Of a stretch of DNA of 64,000 bases, positions 21,629 to 33,166 are shown piece after piece (position 1 is the first letter of the stretch; each line of letters opens with the position of its first letter). This DNA comes from Escherichia phage vB_EcoM_VR7, in the sequence record NC_014792.1; one strand, given 5' to 3'. The notes beneath the pieces were generated by a model. That model saw nothing but the letters and a program-made list of their open reading frames with translations, was not told the origin of the DNA and ran no database searches. The position numbers and the translations under genes are program-made.

Positions 21629-22092
21629 AATGCATCTCTCAATTGGTTAAGTATGTCAATAAATTCTTGTTCAGTCAATATTGTATCATGAACAGTAAGG
21701 TGGCTCGCCATCGAATGCTTTAAAACTTTGCCCTTTGTAGCTTGTAATGCGTCGCGGAATCCTTTGTTTTGGAGAGCTGCTTCAAAATATGCACTTGTAT
21801 ACAACTCTTTCCATGCTGCAGAGTATCTTGAAAAGGGAATTCCAAGCCAGAAAAGCGTCCCACGGTCCGCAGCTCTTGCATAAGCTCTTCCAGTTTGTTG
21901 TGCGACCAGCCCGGACATCCCAAATATACGTTTTTGTTGTTCATAATTTCTCACCTTGCACCCTTGTAGGAAGCCTTCAAGACCTCCAAACTGGATACCA
22001 TCCATAACAAAAGGCCATTTGGCAAAGTTACTTAATGCGCATGATGGCCACGGGAAATTGCTTCTGATTTCTAACTCAGACATCTTTGACAC
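21625..22092 (-). CDS. probable YbiA/NADAR-family protein (T4 30.3 position)
   Basis: 155 aa; SNF..W and GxxFxxxE...Q..K-like pattern and synteny; weak inference. Confidence 0.4.
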   Translation of the reverse strand: MSKMSELEIRSNFPWPSCALSNFAKWPFVMDGIQFGGLEGFLQGCKVRNYEQQKRIFGMSGLVAQQTGRAYARAADRGTLFWLGIPFSRYSAAWKELYTSAYFEAALQNKGFRDALQATKGKVLKHSMASHLTVHDTILTEQEFIDILNQLRDAL

Positions 22093-22288
22093 TTATAATT
22101 TCGACATCAGCCCAATGGCCATAACCCGGTAGACGGTCCGCAATGGATAATCCGCCGTCAGTTTTGAGCATTTTAATTGTCTTAGTATATGGTTCAATAT
22201 TTCGGGCCCATGGACTTACGTCAGTCACGCGATAAGTCACTTCAACCATTTCTGTGCCCAAAATTTTCTGAATCAATTTCTTAAACAT
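22076..22288 (-). CDS. hypothetical protein
   Basis: 70 aa ORF in the 30.x early block. Confidence 0.4.
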   Translation of the reverse strand: MFKKLIQKILGTEMVEVTYRVTDVSPWARNIEPYTKTIKMLKTDGGLSIADRLPGYGHWADVEIISVKDV

Positions 22289-22289
22289 A

Positions 22290-22484
22290 TTATCCTCGCT
22301 TTAAACATTTGATTACAGACAATTCTTGCCCCATGCGGACGTCTTCAGTTCCATCAACCCACAGGACTGCATAGGCTTCTTTAATGGAAATATTACTCAA
22401 TTTGAAAGCAGGCAGGACCTTGGAAATCATTCCAGGAATACCCACACCTTTTAACTGAACAGTTTGTGATAAGAATAGTTGCAT
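22290..22484 (-). CDS. hypothetical protein
   Basis: 64 aa ORF, tightly packed. Confidence 0.4.
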   Translation of the reverse strand: MQLFLSQTVQLKGVGIPGMISKVLPAFKLSNISIKEAYAVLWVDGTEDVRMGQELSVIKCLKRG

Positions 22485-22771
22485 TAGAACCTCATCTGGA
22501 AACCATGTGATTTGACATTCTTGCCATTAATATCAGATGAATTAATTTCACGTGCCGCGATTGGGTCAATATCAATGTCACGACTAAGCTTGGTGATTGC
22601 CAGAGTATCGCGCCCATTAACAGTCCTGAATTCAACTGGGCAAACTATATCCACATAGTTTTTAATGGATTCTTTAGTTGGTTGCTTATCAGCAGGTACA
22701 CCTGGACCAGCTTTGGAGAAAACAACTTCACAGAAATTTTTACGTGTATCAAAGTAAGTAGTCATAAACAT
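22484..22771 (-). CDS. hypothetical protein
   Basis: About 95 aa from MFMTTYF with GAGGAAAA RBS. Confidence 0.45.
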   Translation of the reverse strand: MFMTTYFDTRKNFCEVVFSKAGPGVPADKQPTKESIKNYVDIVCPVEFRTVNGRDTLAITKLSRDIDIDPIAAREINSSDINGKNVKSHGFQMRF

Positions 22772-22807
22772 AGTATTTTCCTCAAGGGGCTTTCGCCCCA
22801 TTTAAGA

Positions 22808-23173
22808 TTAGATATCAAATTCATTAAGAACTACATCAAAGATTGCTTCCAGGTGTTCAGGTTTTGCTTTGTTGCTCAGAATATGGCGAATCCAAGTTTT
22901 AACCAACAGCTTGCGATTAACACCATTCCAGCAAGGATGAGTACCTAAATCACGTTCGCGGAAATCATCATCTAAAGCAATTTTAAAGTTAGAACCAGTC
23001 ATAGTGATTGAAAGAGTGATACCATTTTCAAATCGCATATAAACGTAGTTGGGAGTCATATACTGTTCAATTTCACACACTGAACCATTTTTATGTTTCC
23101 ATAAACAAATAACTTCAGAAGAACCTGGGATACAGTTAGAAACATATTTGCGTTCAAAGTTGATGTAGTTCAT
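22808..23173 (-). CDS. hypothetical protein
   Basis: 121 aa; RBS and early promoter upstream. Confidence 0.5.
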   Translation of the reverse strand: MNYINFERKYVSNCIPGSSEVICLWKHKNGSVCEIEQYMTPNYVYMRFENGITLSITMTGSNFKIALDDDFRERDLGTHPCWNGVNRKLLVKTWIRHILSNKAKPEHLEAIFDVVLNEFDI

Positions 23174-23244
23174 TTTATTCTCCAGTTGTTTTCATTTGTT
23201 GGTACAGGTCTATAATATCATAACCTGTACCAAAGTAAACTGTT

Positions 23245-23613
23245 TTATGCGACTTTAATCCAATTATCTAAATTTAATTCACCCTTAGCTTTCATTTTTT
23301 CAATCAGATTATCTGCAGTGGTGCGACCATTTTGATACCAGGTTACATCTTCAGAATAACCAGTTTCTTCATCTTCATAGGTCTTACAACGAATCTTACC
23401 AAGAATTAAAGTTTTCAGTTCGTAGGTATCACCAGTAAAAAAGTTTGTTACCATAATTTTCCAGGAGAAGTCATCAGAAGGACCTTCTGGAGTCATGCAA
23501 GAAACGAATTCAAATTGTTCTTTATACAAGTGCCATTGCATTTCTTTAGTTTCAATGGCTTTGTAACCGTCGTGGTCTTTACCTTTGATGTATGAGTTAA
23601 GATTGATTTTCAT
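23245..23613 (-). CDS. hypothetical protein
   Basis: 122 aa; early promoter-like sequence upstream (23620-23690). Confidence 0.5.
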   Translation of the reverse strand: MKINLNSYIKGKDHDGYKAIETKEMQWHLYKEQFEFVSCMTPEGPSDDFSWKIMVTNFFTGDTYELKTLILGKIRCKTYEDEETGYSEDVTWYQNGRTTADNLIEKMKAKGELNLDNWIKVA

Positions 23614-23729
23614 TTTATTCTCCAGTGTTTTATTGTGTAACTCAGTATGGAATCATTATGCACTGGACCAACCCTGTTGTAAACCCCTTTATGGAAAATA
23701 AAAAAAGGGACTCCGAAGAGTCCCTGAAC

Positions 23730-23891
23730 TTATGCTTTCGGCTTACCAAAGCAAGCTGCATCGGCACGCAATACCGCACGAGCACGAGCCTGAAGTTTAT
23801 CAGTTACCTGATTGATTCGCTTGTTGGACGCACGCTTGTAACCAGCGCGTTTGGAGGAGCCATCAACAACTTTAACTTCTTTCTTAGCCAT
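23730..23891 (-). CDS. small highly basic protein (53 aa), not in the ORF track
   Basis: MAKKEVKVVDGSSKRAGYKRASNKRINQVTDKLQARARAVLRADAACFGKPKA; hairpin plus T-run terminator immediately after the stop on the minus strand. Confidence 0.3.
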   Translation of the reverse strand: MAKKEVKVVDGSSKRAGYKRASNKRINQVTDKLQARARAVLRADAACFGKPKA

Positions 23892-23922
23892 ATTAAATTC
23901 TCTTTAAAATAGAATGCAGGAC

Positions 23923-24117
23923 TTATTGACATTGCCTGCGCAAGCCCTCGAAGGGAACATTAGGTTTCGGATATTTAACGACAGGATAACCATAAACCTC
24001 GTCATCATACCAACCACGACTTAGACAGATAACCTTTTTCTGACGCGGGGTAGTACAAAATACATTCAAGAGGTACACCACAAAATTATCGGGGTCTAAA
24101 ACTATAATGATTCGCAA
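23923..24117 (-). CDS. hypothetical protein
   Basis: 64 aa ORF. Confidence 0.3.
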   Translation of the reverse strand: MRIIIVLDPDNFVVYLLNVFCTTPRQKKVICLSRGWYDDEVYGYPVVKYPKPNVPFEGLRRQCQ

Positions 24118-24187
24118 ATCATTAATCAGATAATTCGGTGGCTCCTCGATTTTCTAGCCGCACTTAAGGTAGCGAATCACCTACAGC

Positions 24188-24442
24188 TTACTTCAGGGTT
24201 ACGACAAAATGGCGAACAGCTTTGCGCGCAGCAGATGCCAGCGGCTTAGCAAATTTCAGTTCATCTTTTGCTTCGAGCACTGCGCGAAGGTCGGTTTGAA
24301 TCGGGTTAAGATGTTTGAAATACTGCAGAATTTCCAGTGCTTCGGCTTCAACATCAATAGATGCGCCGTAGTTTTCGTGACCGTTATTCCATGCAGTGCG
24401 TTGCAGTTCGAGAGCGTGTTGTAATTGTTTGTTTAAAGACAT
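24188..24442 (-). CDS. rIII: rIII lysis inhibition accessory protein
   Basis: About 84 aa from MSLNKQLQHALELQRTAWNNGHENYGASIDVEAEALEIL; close match to T4 rIII as recalled. Confidence 0.8.
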   Translation of the reverse strand: MSLNKQLQHALELQRTAWNNGHENYGASIDVEAEALEILQYFKHLNPIQTDLRAVLEAKDELKFAKPLASAARKAVRHFVVTLK

Positions 24443-24599
24443 TTTAGAAGCCTCAATATGAGGTGAATATTTGGTGGACACGTTCTTCTGAATTTCACTT
24501 CCTTTCGGCAAGTCTCTCAGTTGTAGTCCACCGTTTAGGATTCTCCGGGTAACTAACTGGTCCGGCAGCCAATCCATATTATTATTTATAACGCTAATT

Positions 24600-24947
24600 T
24601 TACTTATAAAGACAAGGAACAGCTTTATAATGACAGGTCACAAATTTCTGCTTAACTTCTTTAGCCTGCTTAAGTCCCAGAGCAACCAGAGGATGTGGAA
24701 CGTTTGCAATCTTGCCAACCGGAAGAGGAGTCAAATCACCTACTTCACAGAAGCCTTCAGGAACATCTGGACCAATCGAAAATACTTCACACATCTCTGG
24801 GATTTCACCCTGATGGAGTTTTCCGATAACAATACCTGATGCCGTAGTTTCTTCATCGCCAGCTTGCTTTGGCTCAGAAACCAAAATAATATATTCACCT
24901 ACTGCTTTAATTGGTAATTCCATATTTAATCCATGTTGTTTGGTCAT
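24600..24947 (-). CDS. 31: gp31 co-chaperonin (GroES-like) for capsid folding
   Basis: Strong match to T4 gp31 ([21 protein letters not shown]...CEVGDL..LPVG...[30 protein letters not shown]); the exact start (24947 or the internal MELP) is uncertain. Confidence 0.9.
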   Translation of the reverse strand: MTKQHGLNMELPIKAVGEYIILVSEPKQAGDEETTASGIVIGKLHQGEIPEMCEVFSIGPDVPEGFCEVGDLTPLPVGKIANVPHPLVALGLKQAKEVKQKFVTCHYKAVPCLYK

Positions 24948-24978
24948 GTATTAATAATAACACGCGTTGTTTGAAGCA

Positions 24979-25278
24979 TTAAAGGACGAGCAGAGTCTCG
25001 GTCTGTAATCCATTCACAGAAATCAATTTATTGAAACAGAATGAACGCCACTCATTAAGCTTGGTATCAAATACCCTGATATAGCTAACCGGTTCTTTAC
25101 TAGCTTCTGGGCCAGGGGCCTGGATTTCTTTATACGGCAACAGGTCCAGGTCGCGAGTGCAAGTCATACGACGGATACTTCCATCTGCTTTTTCAAACAG
25201 AACTTCGTGAAAACCAACAGACAAGATAGTCTTGACTTTTTCACGGAGGCGAATTGTTTCTTGTTCAGTTAAAATCAT
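24979..25278 (-). CDS. hypothetical protein (T4 31.1 position)
   Basis: 99 aa ORF. Confidence 0.45.
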   Translation of the reverse strand: MILTEQETIRLREKVKTILSVGFHEVLFEKADGSIRRMTCTRDLDLLPYKEIQAPGPEASKEPVSYIRVFDTKLNEWRSFCFNKLISVNGLQTETLLVL

Positions 25279-25280
25279 AA

Positions 25281-25514
25281 TTATTCCAAAACAGTTTTAA
25301 TGGTGGTTGTACCGCGCGATTTTAAAGCGCTCAACAGGTTTTTACATTTTTCAAAAACTGGGTCCGTTTTATACCGGATGCTTTCATCAATCCATTCGGA
25401 TTTATAGTAAGACTTCCAGCGAGAGAAAAAGTTCTTTTTGTATTCTACTGAAAAAGCAATTATACCAGTTCCTCTTGAACTAAGCCCGGATATTTTAACC
25501 ATACGAAATTTCAT
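25281..25514 (-). CDS. hypothetical protein (T4 31.2 position)
   Basis: 77 aa ORF. Confidence 0.4.
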   Translation of the reverse strand: MKFRMVKISGLSSRGTGIIAFSVEYKKNFFSRWKSYYKSEWIDESIRYKTDPVFEKCKNLLSALKSRGTTTIKTVLE

Positions 25515-26095
25515 TATTCACCACAAAATTCGTTAATGTTTTCCCAGTTCAATTTGTCTAGACTACGCTTAGGCACATTGAACACCTCAATTCCTGCATT
25601 CTTCAAGATATCATCCCAACCAGGAATATTCTTGTCATACGTTTCACAGTAAACCAATTTCTTGATTCCTGATTGAGAAATTGCCTTCGCACAATCAGGG
25701 CAAGGAGAAAGCGTTACATACATAGTCGCTCCCTCAATTGACGAACCCATTCTTGCTGCAAACAGAATCGCATTAAGTTCTGCGTGGATTTCGTTGTTCT
25801 TTGACCATGCAGAATGTTCTTCACGATGAGCTTTCGCCAATACAAAACGGTCAACCTTACTGAATCTCACACATTCTGGCTTGTGGCCAGGGACGAGAAC
25901 AGGTTTAGGTTTATTCAGTAACCAACCTTGCTCCTCTGCATGCTCGCAACAGTTAACCCCACCTGCAGGGGAACCATTATACCCTGTAGAAATAATGCGA
26001 CCATTCTTTTCAATAACAGCTCCCACTTTCCAGGAGCAACATTTTGATTCTTGAGATACAAGGTATGCGATTTGCAGAACAGTAGTTGGTTTCAT
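25514..26095 (-). CDS. cd: dCMP deaminase
   Basis: 193 aa; zinc-binding deaminase motifs HAE and PCPDC (CEHAEEQG...HAELNAI...TLSPCPDCAKAI). Confidence 0.9.
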   Translation of the reverse strand: MKPTTVLQIAYLVSQESKCCSWKVGAVIEKNGRIISTGYNGSPAGGVNCCEHAEEQGWLLNKPKPVLVPGHKPECVRFSKVDRFVLAKAHREEHSAWSKNNEIHAELNAILFAARMGSSIEGATMYVTLSPCPDCAKAISQSGIKKLVYCETYDKNIPGWDDILKNAGIEVFNVPKRSLDKLNWENINEFCGE

Positions 26096-26434
26096 TTACA
26101 TCACCATGATATAGGCAGATTTATCAGTTTCAACACGATATAATTCATGTCGCAATTTCGTGATTGATTTAACACGTGAGGTTAATATACCATAACCATC
26201 TTTAAAGCGTTTTTTCTTATCAAAGAATACCACGCCTGCTAATGAATTACCGATTTCAACTGGTAACATAGTCAACAACACGCCATCATAATCAGCTGGG
26301 CTAATGCTTTTAAACAAAGTATCATTCATCAACAAAGCCCGGATAAATTGTATAGCACCATCAGAGAGACCGCGATGGTCTCCATCCTTGTCTTCCTGTA
26401 ATGCAGTGGTAATAGCTTCTACTAAACTAATCAT
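26096..26434 (-). CDS. hypothetical protein (cd.x block)
   Basis: 112 aa ORF. Confidence 0.45.
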   Translation of the reverse strand: MISLVEAITTALQEDKDGDHRGLSDGAIQFIRALLMNDTLFKSISPADYDGVLLTMLPVEIGNSLAGVVFFDKKKRFKDGYGILTSRVKSITKLRHELYRVETDKSAYIMVM

Positions 26435-26664
26435 TGAATATACACTCGCTGCGCTTCAACCAGACCATCAGAACCCAATTTCAATTGAGTAAACTGGTCA
26501 CCATCTTTTGGATTAATGACAATCATAAAACTGCGTGCAGATTCCTGAATAACTTTCAAAGTTGCATCAGGAAATCGCTGTGATACGCGGTTAATCATCG
26601 CTTGAGCAAATGCCTTCACTTTTTCATGGAACTCTTCAACAGTAATTGGGGTTTCGCTAAGCAT
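26431..26664 (-). CDS. hypothetical protein (cd.x block)
   Basis: 77 aa ORF, 4 nt overlaps with neighbours. Confidence 0.45.
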   Translation of the reverse strand: MLSETPITVEEFHEKVKAFAQAMINRVSQRFPDATLKVIQESARSFMIVINPKDGDQFTQLKLGSDGLVEAQRVYIQ

Positions 26665-27206
26665 CAGATTGTCTCCTGTTTTACTTGTTTAACGATAGAA
26701 GCTTTTGTTATATCGCCTTTGATAATATAACAATCTTCTGCAGTACCACGGTTTAACAGGCGCTCTGCTTCGTCTTCCGCATATTCTTTTGACACATGAC
26801 GAGAGTTAATCTCAATCTTGCCATTTTTAACCACAAGCAATTTCCAAACTGATGCAAGTTTTACTGGCACAGGTTCAACTTCTGGCTTAACACCAACTTC
26901 CGCCTGGATGAAATAATCAAATTCATCAGACAATGGACCAGCAGAAACAAACAGCGCACCATGATGCCTGTTCTGTGTGCTAGATATTTTTGCCAAATCC
27001 ACAAAATCATTTTCATCAATCAAACGAATCTCACAAACTTTTCTTCCACCGCTGATGGTATCAGGTACAATTTTCACTTCAAACGGAGTCATACCGATGT
27101 ATCCAGCAATTTGGTAATTAGCTGCCCAGCCTCCGGCAATAAATTGTTTTTTGGCATTTTCAGACGTGAACTTGTAAAACTTACCTTCTTCAAAGAAATC
27201 ACTCAT
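26664..27206 (-). CDS. hypothetical protein (cd.x block)
   Basis: 180 aa; GAGGAAAA RBS and early promoter-like sequence upstream. Confidence 0.5.
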   Translation of the reverse strand: MSDFFEEGKFYKFTSENAKKQFIAGGWAANYQIAGYIGMTPFEVKIVPDTISGGRKVCEIRLIDENDFVDLAKISSTQNRHHGALFVSAGPLSDEFDYFIQAEVGVKPEVEPVPVKLASVWKLLVVKNGKIEINSRHVSKEYAEDEAERLLNRGTAEDCYIIKGDITKASIVKQVKQETI

Positions 27207-27272
27207 TTTGTTTTCCTCATGTGTTGATGAAATTCATTATACACCATCCATGGTGAAAGTAAACACTTTAAA

Positions 27273-27551
27273 TTAAATTGCTTCTGCAATTGCAGTTTGA
27301 TTCTGGAAGTCAACCTTACAAGAAACAGTCAAGGTAGCTCCATCAATTTTGAATGGAACAATTGCAAATGCTGCACCAGGGTGGAGCTGGACAGTGATTG
27401 CATCAACTGCATCCGGGAACATGATTTCCAGAATAGCAGACAAACGACCATGCACTTTTAGTTCAGTCGACACGTCGACGATTTCGTATAGATAATCAGA
27501 TACAATCTGACTAAAAACTAATTTAACAATTTCAGAATATGTAGGAAACAT
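27273..27551 (-). CDS. hypothetical protein
   Basis: 92 aa ORF downstream of a middle promoter. Confidence 0.45.
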   Translation of the reverse strand: MFPTYSEIVKLVFSQIVSDYLYEIVDVSTELKVHGRLSAILEIMFPDAVDAITVQLHPGAAFAIVPFKIDGATLTVSCKVDFQNQTAIAEAI

Positions 27552-27593
27552 TTCTTTTCTCGCTTAGTTATTGGGGTTATCCAAAGGACCTAG

Positions 27594-27623
27594 ACCCATT
27601 ATAACATAAAATTTTTAAAGCAT
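27594..27623 (-). promoter_or_regulatory. MotA-dependent middle promoter
   Basis: Minus strand reads TGCTTTA, 12 nt, TATAAT, then GGGTCTAGGTCC. Confidence 0.5.
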
Positions 27624-27838
27624 TAATGGACGGTGTGAACCCGAACATCAACAACGAATCGGTCGGTGATTTCGACCATCGGTGCAAACTCTACATGATA
27701 TTCACCTTTATATCTTGTGTTCATATCATTACGAATTTTTACCAGCTCATTAATCAGGGCAGGTGACATTCCTTGCCCAGCTAGTTTGTTAAGGAAGCCG
27801 TATGCTTCCTCTTTAATTTCATCGTGTTTATCGTACAT
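27623..27838 (-). CDS. hypothetical protein
   Basis: About 71 aa from MYDKHDEIKEE; start choice uncertain. Confidence 0.35.
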   Translation of the reverse strand: MYDKHDEIKEEAYGFLNKLAGQGMSPALINELVKIRNDMNTRYKGEYHVEFAPMVEITDRFVVDVRVHTVH

Positions 27839-28040
27839 AATGCTCTTCCAGGAAGTCCAGGAGGGCCGTGGCGGAGGTAAAGATACCACCATCAACCTTG
27901 TCTTCATCTTGATAGTCCATCACATCCAGACCGATACGTCCATCAGTTAGCGGCCATACGCTGAAAAAGTATTCATAACCTTTTTCAATTTCTTCAATCT
28001 TGCGAAAAATCTTTTCGATATTGTTCATAGGTTTCCACAT
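27828..28040 (-). CDS. hypothetical protein
   Basis: About 70 aa from MWKPMNNIEK; start choice uncertain. Confidence 0.35.
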   Translation of the reverse strand: MWKPMNNIEKIFRKIEEIEKGYEYFFSVWPLTDGRIGLDVMDYQDEDKVDGGIFTSATALLDFLEEHYVR

Positions 28041-28054
28041 CTCTACTACTTGAG

Positions 28055-28062
28055 TATAAATA
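28055..28062 (+). promoter_or_regulatory. Late promoter (TATAAATA) driving the HNH endonuclease gene
   Basis: Exact TATAAATA 27 nt before the ATG, with GAGGA RBS. Confidence 0.55.
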
Positions 28063-28088
28063 TAGTATATCACCAAAGAGGACATACA

Positions 28089-29928
<1,840 letters not shown>

Positions 29929-29932
<4 letters not shown>

Positions 29933-30411
29933 ACACCAAGCTCCTTATAAAGTTCTTCGCGACAAGTTTTCAGAATTTTACCAGTTTCATAAGCTGTGCT
30001 TTCAGAAACATCACCAAGTGCAGCGGCAGCTTGCATTTGGCCATGGCGTTTAGCAGCATATTCAAAACTTTTTACTAGCTCACGAATACGTTCTTTTTCA
30101 TTGTATTCTTCAATAAATTCTGGATATTCCCAAACAGGTCGCATCATACGATACCACAGTTGGATGGTAATATAATTACTTCCATCCAGATTAATAATTT
30201 GTGAAGGCTTAATAGCGCCAGGAGCATAAAAAGTTACCTGTCTTACTACATCAATACCATCCACAATAGCCCAAGCAAAATCGAAGGTGGCCTTCTTTTC
30301 AATTGGCGTGCTCGCACAAGACCCTAACTTTAAGAGCTTTTGTAATACAGGAGATTTAACTCCTGAAATGTACACAGGATTAGCTACAAAGCTGTTATCA
30401 CGTAATGACAT
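29929..30411 (-). CDS. hypothetical protein
   Basis: About 160 aa from MSLRDNSF; GAGGAAA RBS and early promoter upstream. Confidence 0.45.
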
Positions 30412-30576
30412 AATAGTTTCCTCAAATATTTTATAATCCGTAGGAGCATTATACTCTGCTCCCAAGAGTTTGTAAACTACTTACCAAAAAGACCATCAAT
30501 ACACATGCTGAATACAATTCCAAAACAAAAGCATGCAAAACCCAATCTAAAAACATCCCAGCCATCGATACAGGCT

Positions 30577-30870
30577 TCAATCATGGCAACGCTCCTCTTT
30601 TAGTTCAGAACGATAATAACATAACATACCTTTTTGGTCATGTACATATCTTTTTACATCATTCATCCAAATCCTGAATTCTTGCGATGCTTCAAAAGGC
30701 ATACCAACCCAGGCTTGACCGTCAATAACCTTCACTTCCCATTGCTGACGGTATTCCATTAATGTCTGTGGCCAATTAGGATGAACTTGAATTGTGGGCT
30801 CCGCAACGGGCTTCTGGGCACATGAAACGAGTCCAATAGCCAAACATACTGCCATGATAGATTTCATCAT
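30577..30870 (-). CDS. o-spanin (outer membrane lipoprotein, Rz1-like; T4 pseT.2 equivalent)
   Basis: 97 aa; signal peptide with lipobox LVSC; directly downstream of, and overlapping, the i-spanin gene. Confidence 0.65.
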   Translation of the reverse strand: MMKSIMAVCLAIGLVSCAQKPVAEPTIQVHPNWPQTLMEYRQQWEVKVIDGQAWVGMPFEASQEFRIWMNDVKRYVHDQKGMLCYYRSELKEERCHD

Positions 30871-31220
30871 TTGGTGAGCTCCTGGAAGTCCTGGGCGAAC
30901 TTATCAAAGGACTGATTAATCTGTTTTTCAACTAATTTAGGCTTAGCTGCCACAACCTTAGTACGTTTTGCATCTACACGAAGTTTATCATTTTCCTTCT
31001 GCAGAAGTTCAACATATTCCTGGCGCTCCTGGTCAAGGAGATTAATTTGATTAACCTGGTCTTTTACTGATTGCAGATTTTTCGCGTTATCTTCTGCAAC
31101 TTTGGTGACCGCAGCCACCTCTGTCTTGAGATTATCCACTTTTGCTTTTAGATAGAAACCACTACCAGCAGTTACTACCAGGGCGAGCATAAGCCCCGCA
31201 GTGATATTACTTATTTGCAT
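30867..31220 (-). CDS. i-spanin (inner membrane, Rz-like; T4 pseT.3 equivalent)
   Basis: 117 aa; N-terminal transmembrane helix then a charged coiled-coil-like periplasmic domain. Confidence 0.65.
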   Translation of the reverse strand: MQISNITAGLMLALVVTAGSGFYLKAKVDNLKTEVAAVTKVAEDNAKNLQSVKDQVNQINLLDQERQEYVELLQKENDKLRVDAKRTKVVAAKPKLVEKQINQSFDKFAQDFQELTK

Positions 31221-31711
31221 AACTTGATGATTACCTCAACAATATCATCCTGGGATAAACCATTCAGGAGGATGTGATTTGTACTGTCAGATGCTGAAAT
31301 GCGGAACTGATTACCAACTTCATCCGCCATATCATCCTGGGTTAACACTGGATGTTTAATTCCCAGGCGGTGTTGAAGTGTCAGGGGTTCAACCACAACA
31401 TAACAAACACATCCATTGATATGCACATTAGGTTGGGTCTGATTGATGAACACTTCTGCATCATATTTAACCAAATGGTTCTTTAAGAAGTCAACCATTT
31501 CAGGAACAGATTCATGAAGTGCTTCTTTACGCTCTTCTGATTTCTTATTGCGATATTCCTTCTGTTTGGTCTTCAACTTATTATCAGACGCCAGTTTCTT
31601 TCTTAAGTCAGTAAGGAACCCAACATTTTTGGAACCTTTATAAACATAGATTCCGTCATGGCGGTCACCATATACATCAACAATCATTTCATTTGAAATC
31701 AGTTGCATATT
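31211..31711 (-). CDS. alc: Alc (inhibitor of host transcription on cytosine-containing DNA)
   Basis: 167 aa from MNMQLISNEM, the same length as T4 Alc; position between rnlA and the pseT block; the track start at 31813 is rejected. Confidence 0.55.
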   Translation of the reverse strand, partial: NMQLISNEMIVDVYGDRHDGIYVYKGSKNVGFLTDLRKKLASDNKLKTKQKEYRNKKSEERKEALHESVPEMVDFLKNHLVKYDAEVFINQTQPNVHINGCVCYVVVEPLTLQHRLGIKHPVLTQDDMADEVGNQFRISASDSTNHILLNGLSQDDIVEVIIKLCK

Positions 31712-31724
31712 CATAATATTTTCC

Positions 31725-31958
31725 TCAATAGCGGTTATAACCTCTAGGACCAAAAGAGTTTGCACCCAGGCGCTCATCTTTCTTTTTGGCTCTTGCTCTA
31801 AACCCAGAATCACCTGTTTGGTCTTTCAGTTCTTTTAACAATTTGGCCTTCAGGTCAGTAATGAAACCAATCCGGCGGTCTCCCTTGTAGACATAGATTC
31901 CATCATTTCTGTCACCATATGCCTTTGTAACTCTGTCATTTGAAATTAAGTTTAACAT
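31725..31958 (-). CDS. truncated Alc N-terminal-domain paralog
   Basis: About 77 aa; LISNDRVTKAYGDRNDGIYVYKGDRRIGFITDLKAKL closely parallels alc residues LISNEMIVDVYGDRHDGIYVYKGSKNVGFLTDLRKKL; similarity is also visible at DNA level. Confidence 0.45.
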   Translation of the reverse strand: MLNLISNDRVTKAYGDRNDGIYVYKGDRRIGFITDLKAKLLKELKDQTGDSGFRARAKKKDERLGANSFGPRGYNRY

Positions 31959-32029
31959 GTTTTGGTCCTCATCAGTAGTTGATGGAACCATTATGTATAG
32001 AAAGAAGGGGCTTGTACACCCCTTTTTTA

Positions 32030-33166
32030 TTATTCAGGCAGGATTACATCCGCTTGGTAGTCCGCTGGGATGTAAAGTTTATGATTTTTAAGGAAAACAT
32101 TATTGATTTGAGCGATGGTTTGCTCTGTTTCCTGGGGACGTTGATACGTGTTCATTAATACGGAGAACAAACCCGGATATGGTTTACACAGTTCTTGACC
32201 TTTAATCGCAAACTCGCGTCGGTCTTTTCCTGCCAACTGTTTCTGGGCATCAAGCAACAGTCCCAGGGTATTGGACAGATAATCCAGATGGGTCAAAGTA
32301 AAGGCATTAACTTTTTCACGAGCATAATCATCGCCAGTAAACATGGCAATAACATCATCTGCACCGCCTGCGACAACAACTTCAAAAAGACGCTGGTTAT
32401 TGTTAACAGAATCCTTTGTATGGTGTAAAGCACAATACCATTCTGTCTTAACTTTAAATTTGCGACCATCGACCAGCTCATAGACAAAGCCTTCAATCTC
32501 TTTCATATCACGGACGTTTTCAATTGTAGCCGGGTCATATGCTTCAACCAGGAATGGGCGAAGCGCGGCATCTTTAAACAAATCCCGATAAGGGATATAT
32601 TCACCAGTTTCATTATGGCGAACGTTCAGTAAAATCAGGTCACGTTCCTGGTAAGGCAAAACAATGCGGTTGGTTGGCGCAACATATTCCATATTGCATG
32701 TATAACCAGCTTCAGTAATTTCAGTTACACGCTCACGGAAAGCTATACGGTGTTCTTGTTTGAATACCTGCAGGGCTTCTGCTGCCTGGGAGCTTTTGAT
32801 TGACCCTTTGGATTTAAAAGCAATATTGGTCTGGTCCATATAAGTGGAGACAAGAGAGCCATCAGCCTTGGTCATGACCAGCGCAACTTCATCCATATTG
32901 ATATCCATGGTCAACGGATTTTCGCCCAAGTTAAAGAACTTTTCCATAGGACGAGCCGCAATACGAACTGGACCATCTGCATCCATTTCAAACATAATGC
33001 CACGGCACTCTAATGCATCATCAAGGAGCCAATCACTATAGGAAGCATAGTTATAGCTAAAGATGCGGAACTTAGTTTCAAATGGAGAAACGAAATCAGT
33101 ATAGAAAAACTTACCTTTTTCAGATTCAGCGCACAGCTTCATTAAGTTGTCATATAATTCAATCAT
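32030..33166 (-). CDS. rnlA: RNA ligase 1
   Basis: 378 aa; strong match to T4 Rnl1 (FRIFSYNYASYSDWLL.DALECRGIMFEMD...TKADGSLVSTY). Confidence 0.95.
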   Translation of the reverse strand: MIELYDNLMKLCAESEKGKFFYTDFVSPFETKFRIFSYNYASYSDWLLDDALECRGIMFEMDADGPVRIAARPMEKFFNLGENPLTMDINMDEVALVMTKADGSLVSTYMDQTNIAFKSKGSIKSSQAAEALQVFKQEHRIAFRERVTEITEAGYTCNMEYVAPTNRIVLPYQERDLILLNVRHNETGEYIPYRDLFKDAALRPFLVEAYDPATIENVRDMKEIEGFVYELVDGRKFKVKTEWYCALHHTKDSVNNNQRLFEVVVAGGADDVIAMFTGDDYAREKVNAFTLTHLDYLSNTLGLLLDAQKQLAGKDRREFAIKGQELCKPYPGLFSVLMNTYQRPQETEQTIAQINNVFLKNHKLYIPADYQADVILPE

